The notes beneath the pieces were generated by a model, which was not told the origin of the DNA, searched no databases, and saw nothing but the letters and a program-made list of their open reading frames with translations. Of a DNA stretch of 64,000 bases, positions 61,526 to 64,000 are shown piece after piece. The position numbers were made by a program, and so were the translations under genes. The first letter of the stretch is position 1. Every line of letters begins with the position of its first letter. This stretch comes from Octopus sinensis (Eukaryota): the NCBI RefSeq assembly GCF_006345805.1, contig NC_043006.1, forward strand, positions 71,796,001 to 71,860,000, written 5' to 3'.

Positions 61526-63066
61526 GCCAGGTCAGTCACGTGATCAAGTGATACACACATACACATACATAAGAAATTAAAATGACAAGGGAATAAGAAA
61601 GCATGTCATGAACTTCATTAGCTTACAGCTGTTTCTGCTACAAGATGTTATGCACTCAAGAGTTGAATGCTTGTGTATCACCCATTAGCTTCATCAGAGC
61701 TCAAAAAATGAAGTGCAATTTTATTTGGGAAAGTGTTTACATTTATATATGTGTGTTTTAAATATATATATATATATTTAAAAGCACACAGACACATATG
61801 AATGTATACAACCATTCACACACACATATATGGAGAGAGACAAATACATACATATATATATATAAATATATATACATACATACATACATGAATATATATG
61901 CTTGAATTTAAATCTTGTGTATATTAAATGATAGCTCTTTTTGATCTCACCAATAACGGAACTGTACATATATATATGCACACACATACACAAATTTTGT
62001 ACATATATATGTGTATATATAGATGTCGTGCTTGGGCTGCCTTGAAGAATTTTACTTATCTTTAGGTAACGTACTTATTCTATCACTCCTTTCTGCAGAA
62101 GCACTAAGTTATGGGAACATAAAGAAACCAGCACCGGTTGCCATACAATAGCAGAAACAAATACAGTCACGAAGAAACACACATACTGGTTTCCAGAGCT
62201 AAAGTAGAAGACACCTGCCCAAAGTGCTGTGCAGTGGGACTGAACCTGAGACCATGTGGTTGCAAAGTGTGTTTCTTAACCATACAGTCATGCCCGCACC
62301 TAAAAGAGAACGTACAACTACAGAGGGAGTTGAACCTGCAACCTTCAGATCACTAATTAAATTAGCTTTAAGCATTTGATATTATATATAAATTTATACA
62401 TATGTGTATGCACACATGCACATGTATTATATATATATATGCACACACACACATATATATATACATAAGTATACATACATATATACACACAGTACATATA
62501 TATTAATGTATGTGGAGTTATGTCAAACAGCTGTCATTGCATATAGAACAAATCTGGCTACTGGCTAAGTCTGTCATGAGGATTGCCACACCACCTGTTT
62601 TTTACAAGACAAAGCAAGCAGTGTTCCTCTGTCTGATGGTGAAAGAGGATGTGTGGTGGATAAAGAGAGGACTAAGGACAAATGCTTTCATTGACTTTTC
62701 CACATTTCACTTGGTTAAAAGGCAGGTGACTGAAGCAAGCATGATCAATGTGAATGGAACTATTCTAAGTATGTACCTATAGATTGGAGAACAACATTTT
62801 AGTTACAGTTTGAGGTCTTAGTGGTCAGTTTGACTGTGGATCTGGATGGTTCCTTGACTGACCATAGCTGGAGGGTCTTCTGTATGAGGAGGACCACATC
62901 ATACATGTGTTCACATTTTGTACACTGTATATACTTTTTATCCCAACTCTCTCCCACATCTTTTTTATGTACCCCTACTCCTACAAATCATAACCTGTCC
63001 TTGTAATGCCCTTCTAATCAAACACCACTGTAGCAAACAAAAATCATTAAATGTACATATATATAT

Positions 63067-63121
<55 letters not shown>

Positions 63122-63154
63122 TATATATATACACACACACACATATATATATAT

Positions 63155-63217
<63 letters not shown>

Positions 63218-63230
63218 CACACACACACAC

Positions 63231-63673
63231 GCCGGTGGCACGTGGCACACAAGGGGGCTGTCCGAACGTGGCCGTAGCCGGTGCCGCATCGACTGGTCTC
63301 CGTGCTGTGGGCACGTAGCAAGCACCATCCGATCGTGGCCGTTTGCCAGCCTCATCTTGCACCTGTGTCGGTGGCACATAAAAACACCATCCGAGCGTGG
63401 CCGTCTGCCAGCCTCGTCTGGCACCTGTGTCGGTGGCACATTAAAAACACCATCCGAGCGTGGCCGTTTGCCAGCCTCGTCTGGCACCTGTGTCGGTGGC
63501 ACATAAAATCACCCACTACACTCTCGGAGTGGTTGGCGTTAGGAAGGGCATCCAGCTGTAGAAACACTGCCAGATCTGACTGGACTGGTGCAGCTTTCAG
63601 GCTCCCCAGACCCCAGTTGAACCGTCCAACCCATGCTAGCATGGAAAGCGGACGTTAAATGATGATGATGATG
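63231..63673 (+). mobile_element. Young RTE 3'UTR copy with 62-63-bp tandem units, inserted in a (TA)n(CA)n microsatellite
   Basis: Unit anchors at 63324, 63386, 63449, 63511; (AC)n on both flanks; (GAT)n tail. Confidence 0.87.
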
Positions 63674-63763
<90 letters not shown>

Positions 63764-64000
63764 GAAAAAGAGAGAGAGATGTAACACACATACATATATC
63801 ATTATATTTAAAACACACATACAAACATTGATATGTCATCGTACTTTTTAACGCTCACTTTTCTGTGCTTGCAGGGGTCAGATAGAATTCATTGAAGTAT
63901 AATTTCTACAGCTCAATGCTCTTCTTGTTGCCAGTCCTTACCTGTTTCCCATGGGCGAACACGTTTTCACAGAAGACACACACATACATCTATACACATA

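Noticed and set aside
63290-63520. Regularly spaced GC-rich repeats resembling a CRISPR array
   Set aside because: Units are contiguous near-identical tandem copies with no unique spacers, inside a eukaryotic LINE 3'UTR; no cas genes.

Overview
AT-rich, microsatellite- and SINE-dense eukaryotic DNA. The repeat types and tandem C2H2 genes point to a coleoid cephalopod, probably Octopus (inference). Three protein-coding genes are supported: (1) the last ten coding exons of a type I protein arginine methyltransferase, PRMT6-like (+, 1037-15312; 5' end lies upstream of the window); (2) a 365-aa C2H2 gene with 12 fingers (-, 23965-25062); (3) a 633-aa C2H2 gene (-, 39505-41406) whose acidic N-terminus is tiled by seven ligand-less 'fossil' fingers. 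The rest is mostly tRNA-derived SINEs, 5'-truncated RTE LINE ends, a Tx1/L1-type relic, Tc1/mariner-, pogo- and hAT-type MITEs, a Helentron-type HINE and simple repeats. Most notable: Penelope-type minimal hammerhead-ribozyme motifs (one in a head-to-head palindromic tRNA-headed element); zinc fingers decaying into new N-termini or leaders; a repeat-derived first exon behind a TATA/Inr promoter; dead copies of a PRMT exon; a perfect 83-bp intronic inverted repeat; and a candidate spliced divergent transcript. All family assignments are by eye, without database searches. Repeat boundaries are approximate unless a TSD or TIR is quoted.
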